A DNA stretch of 34,972 bases from Craspedostauros australis. Its lineage: Eukaryota. Below the pieces are notes generated by a model. That model did not search any database. It was not told the origin of the DNA and worked only from the letters and a program-made list of their open reading frames with translations. The position numbers were made by a program, and so were the translations under genes. This document shows, one piece after another, positions 31,578 to 34,972 of this stretch. Position 1 is the first letter of the stretch. Every line of letters begins with the position of its first letter. The stretch covers positions 1 through 34,972 of the forward strand of contig JALAGF010005513.1 of assembly GCA_030167865.1 (NCBI GenBank), in the 5' to 3' direction.

Positions 31578-32852
31578 TCATGTTTCGTCGCCTCGACTAT
31601 CCTGCACGATGGAGGATCGTCGGCGATGGATGTGGACATTCCGACTGCCACCGCCAATCGTGTACCGGCGTTCCAATGCGTCCTCGCAACCGGCATTAAA
31701 CCGAGAAGCCCCACACGCGTCATTTTCGTGTTCTGTCTTCTCCTTGTCCTCGTCGCCACTTCCGTCTTCATGGCCCATCACCTGTGCAGGCGCCGTATCT
31801 GTTTCGAACAAAGTCCCTGTTTCATCATCAGGGTACTTCTCACACGCAGATTCCAACAGCGTCAAAACCCTTCGCTGGGCTCCCCGATGTCCCAATTCCG
31901 CCGCCACGATCAACCAACTCAGAGCCGCGGCTCTACTTCTGGCCGTACCGATTCCGTCCAGGAGGCACTCACCGAGCATGTATGCTGCGCTGACGTGATG
32001 ATTCGCAATCCTCTCGAAGTATTGCACCCCGAGCGCAGGGTCTTCGACTACTCCTTCCCCCATGTACAAAGCAATTGCGTACTCGTACGTGGACTGGGTG
32101 TGGCCGTGTTGATCAATGCAATTCTTCCACCAAACGACAGCTGCCTTGGGGTTGGAATCGATGATGTTGGGACGCCCCTCGTTCAGTAGTATCCCGTGCA
32201 TGCACATCGCATCTGCGTATCCGTGTTCTGCTAAATCCTTGATGATCTTGTATCCTTTTCGCTGTTGCTCAAGGTCGCTGGATTCGAGGTAGAACAAGGC
32301 GGCGCGAAACTGTTGCCTCTTGCAGTGACTCGACCGGGCCTGGTCCGGTTGCTCGGGACGGTGCAGCTTGCAAAACCGCAAGTCATACTCAATCGATGAA
32401 ATTTCATCTGCGGTTGGACAGGCTCCCAACCATTCGGAGGACCGTGGCTGGACTGTTTCTGCCCATTCCTTCCTGTACCAAGGGAGCTCATGCCGGTAGT
32501 ATTCCAAAGCCTTGCGAAACTCCTCTTCCTCCTCTTTCGAATGCCTGTTTTGGCGCCCCCTCTCTCCCGATTGTGCTGGGCCATCGCAACGTGTTCTCGA
32601 CTTTTCTGCCGCGTGGATTGCATCGAGCAAACTCCAAGACTGTGCATGGCCCTTCTTCGATGCTTCCGCGTGCCCCAGCAATAGCATGCCCACAGAGAGG
32701 CCGCCACCAAGCTTCAGGATGTCCGTTGACCTGCTGGTTGATTGGCGACGTGAATGGCGGCGGGGGGCTTGTCCAATATTGCGGGACAAAAAACGATGTG
32801 GGGCATCCCTCATCTGCCTCAAGGATGCCACGGCATGCCTGATGAACCTCAT
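31578..32852 (-). CDS. Sel1-like repeat protein, possibly mitochondrially targeted
   Basis: Sel1 repeats: LAEHGYADAMCMHG, AAVVWW, STYEYAIALYMGEGV.ED, AAYMLGECLLDGIG, AAELGHRGAQ. Arg/Ser-rich N-terminus from MRFIRH (ATG 32852). Confidence 0.8.
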   Translation of the reverse strand: MRFIRHAVASLRQMRDAPHRFLSRNIGQAPRRHSRRQSTSRSTDILKLGGGLSVGMLLLGHAEASKKGHAQSWSLLDAIHAAEKSRTRCDGPAQSGERGRQNRHSKEEEEEFRKALEYYRHELPWYRKEWAETVQPRSSEWLGACPTADEISSIEYDLRFCKLHRPEQPDQARSSHCKRQQFRAALFYLESSDLEQQRKGYKIIKDLAEHGYADAMCMHGILLNEGRPNIIDSNPKAAVVWWKNCIDQHGHTQSTYEYAIALYMGEGVVEDPALGVQYFERIANHHVSAAYMLGECLLDGIGTARSRAAALSWLIVAAELGHRGAQRRVLTLLESACEKYPDDETGTLFETDTAPAQVMGHEDGSGDEDKEKTEHENDACGASRFNAGCEDALERRYTIGGGSRNVHIHRRRSSIVQDSRGDET

Positions 32853-33980
32853 GATGGACGACCTGTCAGCTGGGATTAACGTGCCCACGAAGGTGCGTTT
32901 GGTCCTTTCCTTCTCACAGCGAGTATTCTAGCGAGTGGACGGGAGGTTTGGTGGGCTCCGTATTGTGCTCTTGGCGTGTTCCTGCTTTCTCTCTAGAGAG
33001 AGTCTCCTCTCTACTCGTATTCGTACTCGACACGAATGCGAATACGAGCGCCGCCCAGCACCTGCCGATCCGTACGCTACCTTCCCCTTTGCTTTCCTTT
33101 GCTGGCGTTGGCCCGCTATGAACACGCCGTTGGCACAGCTCCTGTTGCTACGAATGCCGACGCTGCTGTTCTGGTGGTGTACGACTACAACACTATGCTT
33201 CTCGATTTCGTATCTTCCTCCAACAATGAACGGCGTCTCTACATGCTCCATCAACGCACCAGGCCACGGGTTCCTTGTCTCTCTTTCGTAGCTTGGTCTC
33301 TGCGTGTGTCTGCCTGCGGGAGGTACAGTATGGTATGACAAACAGCTTGGCAAGTGAGTGTTAAATGGATGCCTGTAGACGGGTCTTTGGCCGTTTCACG
33401 TTGCCCGCCTTTGATTTGGTGGATGGGGCGCGGCGGGAGCAGCAGTGACACCACTTGATGGTGATTGGTGGCGAGGAATGACAGCAAGTGACAAGACGCG
33501 AACCTGCGTTCCACCGTTCCCTTCCTGATTGCGGCAAATCTTGTTGGTGCTGTCAATTCGAGAGAGCGCGGCAGGGCTCTGGGGTTCGGCTGTGCCGTGT
33601 TTGCTGTTTCTGTGTGGTATCATCGTGATGTGATGAAGATACAGCAGGTCGTGTCTGGAGTCACGCATCCAACCAACTGGATGCGGGAGGATAGGTACGT
33701 GATTCAACCACGACATGTACCCGTGCGGATCTCTACCTGTAACCATCTCTCAACGAGTGAGGACTGGACCGTTGTCACCACCATACTATTTGCATGTGTA
33801 CCGTGACTCGTATCAAATGGCTGCGATTGTGAATGCTTCCACAACGAAAGGTGTATAGCAGGCCAGAGAGAACTATGACGCATACGAACCGCATGCAAGG
33901 TTGGTATTCCAGGGAGTTTCCATCATAGAGTGTCACACTACCGATGTATAATATTATACTCTACTATTATATGTACCCAC

Positions 33981-34505
33981 TTAGCGGTGTTGTGGACGGA
34001 CCCCTTCCACTTGGCTCCATGGAAGAGCGGAACGCAGGAATATCTCCAAAAGCGGAGAATCCGGATCGATGTGGTCCGTTGGGGCATTCGTCAGATCGAT
34101 GAGACCGTTGCGGGCAAGTCCAGGAATTCCAGCATCCGGATCATTCCGGGCGTTCGCGCGCCCATTGCCAACCATCATGCGTCTCATCAGCGGACCTCGG
34201 TTGGGGTCTATCGTCAAAGCATATTGCATGAGCGTGGGATCCAGAATATTAACCTCTTCGGGAAGCATCTGCACTGTCGTATTGTAGTTGCTCATGTTCG
34301 TTGCTGAATACCGTCCCAAGGCCAGTGATAGAGATAAGCTACCGCCGTCCTTGGCATCCGTCATGTTTGCTGCTTGTTTGCATGCTGCATACATCCACTG
34401 GACGGTTCTGCTCGACTCCCACTGGTCATGGTTCTGCTCCACGAACATGTCGATGATGTTGTTGGCTGCCGACACAGTCCCGTGACTCTTCCACTGTTGA
34501 TGACG
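33981..34505 (-). CDS. TCF25: C-terminal part of a TCF25 / Rqc1-like ribosome quality control protein (5' part not visible)
   Basis: IIDMFVEQNHDQWESSRTVQWM resembles the TCF25 motif L.LY..R...LW.....WL, and the terminal LLEIFLRSALPW resembles the family C-terminal FxRSLLP. The upstream boundary is uncertain (possible acceptor CAG at 34496-34494). Confidence 0.6.
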   Translation of the reverse strand, partial: RHQQWKSHGTVSAANNIIDMFVEQNHDQWESSRTVQWMYAACKQAANMTDAKDGGSLSLSLALGRYSATNMSNYNTTVQMLPEEVNILDPTLMQYALTIDPNRGPLMRRMMVGNGRANARNDPDAGIPGLARNGLIDLTNAPTDHIDPDSPLLEIFLRSALPWSQVEGVRPQHR

Positions 34506-34574
34506 TACGTAGGACCAGTACAAAAACTTTTACGTAGAACACGTAGAAACACTACTAGCACAAAGTTGTTGACA

Positions 34575-34972
34575 ATGGTGCGCACAGACGACCAAAACGA
34601 TGTTGGCAAAGCCAACCAGACCCCTCGAAAGCAATCGACAATGGGACGAGGACGTTCAGGAAGAGGAGGCCGTCAGGCCCGTGGTAAAGGCGCTCATGGG
34701 GGAGGCCGAGGAGGGAAGAGGCAGGCCAGAGACTCACCGACCAAAAAGTCTCCAAAAAAGGGTGCGATCCAAAACGAGAACCGTTGGATTTGGAGCCACC
34801 AGCACGAAAGAAGCTGGGGAGACATCCTCAGAGAGAGAAACTTGATGACCCGCGGAACAGAGCCGTTCACTGCAACCACCGGTGAAGATGGAGCGCTTGA
34901 CGAGTCGATCGCCTTCGTGAGAGAGATGAGCGACGAGCTAGCAGACGGAGCAACCTTGGAACAATGGAAGGT
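34575..34972 (+). CDS. Open-ended ORF with RGG-rich basic N-terminus (possible ORF1 of an inserted mobile element)
   Basis: Hand translation, no stop to the window end: MVRTDDQNDVGKANQTPRKQSTMGRGRSGRGGRQARGKGAHGGGRGGKRQARDSPTKKSPKKGAIQNENRWIWSHQHERSWGDILRERNL...LADGATLEQWK. Confidence 0.5.
   Translation, partial: MVRTDDQNDVGKANQTPRKQSTMGRGRSGRGGRQARGKGAHGGGRGGKRQARDSPTKKSPKKGAIQNENRWIWSHQHERSWGDILRERNLMTRGTEPFTATTGEDGALDESIAFVREMSDELADGATLEQWK

Noticed and set aside
1..34972. CRISPR array or prokaryotic defence/operon system
   Set aside because: No repeat-spacer array; the genes are intron-containing eukaryotic genes with no shared pathway.

Overview
Eukaryotic nuclear DNA, most likely from a diatom or other stramenopile. 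This is inferred from the gene set, GT-AG introns and an Ambal-like non-LTR element. Left to right: (1) 3' part of a disrupted RNase H-bearing non-LTR retrotransposon, assembled as overlapping duplicate segments across N-gaps; (2) a hypothetical gene; (3) a six-exon ISWI chromatin remodeller, reconstructed here by hand (~1594 aa), with an N-terminal HMG box, a 28-nt microexon and an extra C-terminal exon carrying a half-CXXC-like Cys cluster and a Cac1-like winged-helix-like segment; (4) a 1355-aa WD40/solenoid protein resembling the TSET/TPLATE coat subunit TWD40-2/TTRAY, with an inserted amphipathic repeat; (5) a three-exon AMT1 ammonium transporter; (6) tRNA-Thr(CGT); (7) RFC3; (8) a VAT-1-like oxidoreductase; (9) FAM32A-like; (10) a Sel1-repeat protein; (11) the 3' end of TCF25/Rqc1, whose upstream part is occupied by an antisense RGG-rich ORF that runs off the window and is absent from the ORF track. 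All homology calls come from remembered motifs, not from searches.
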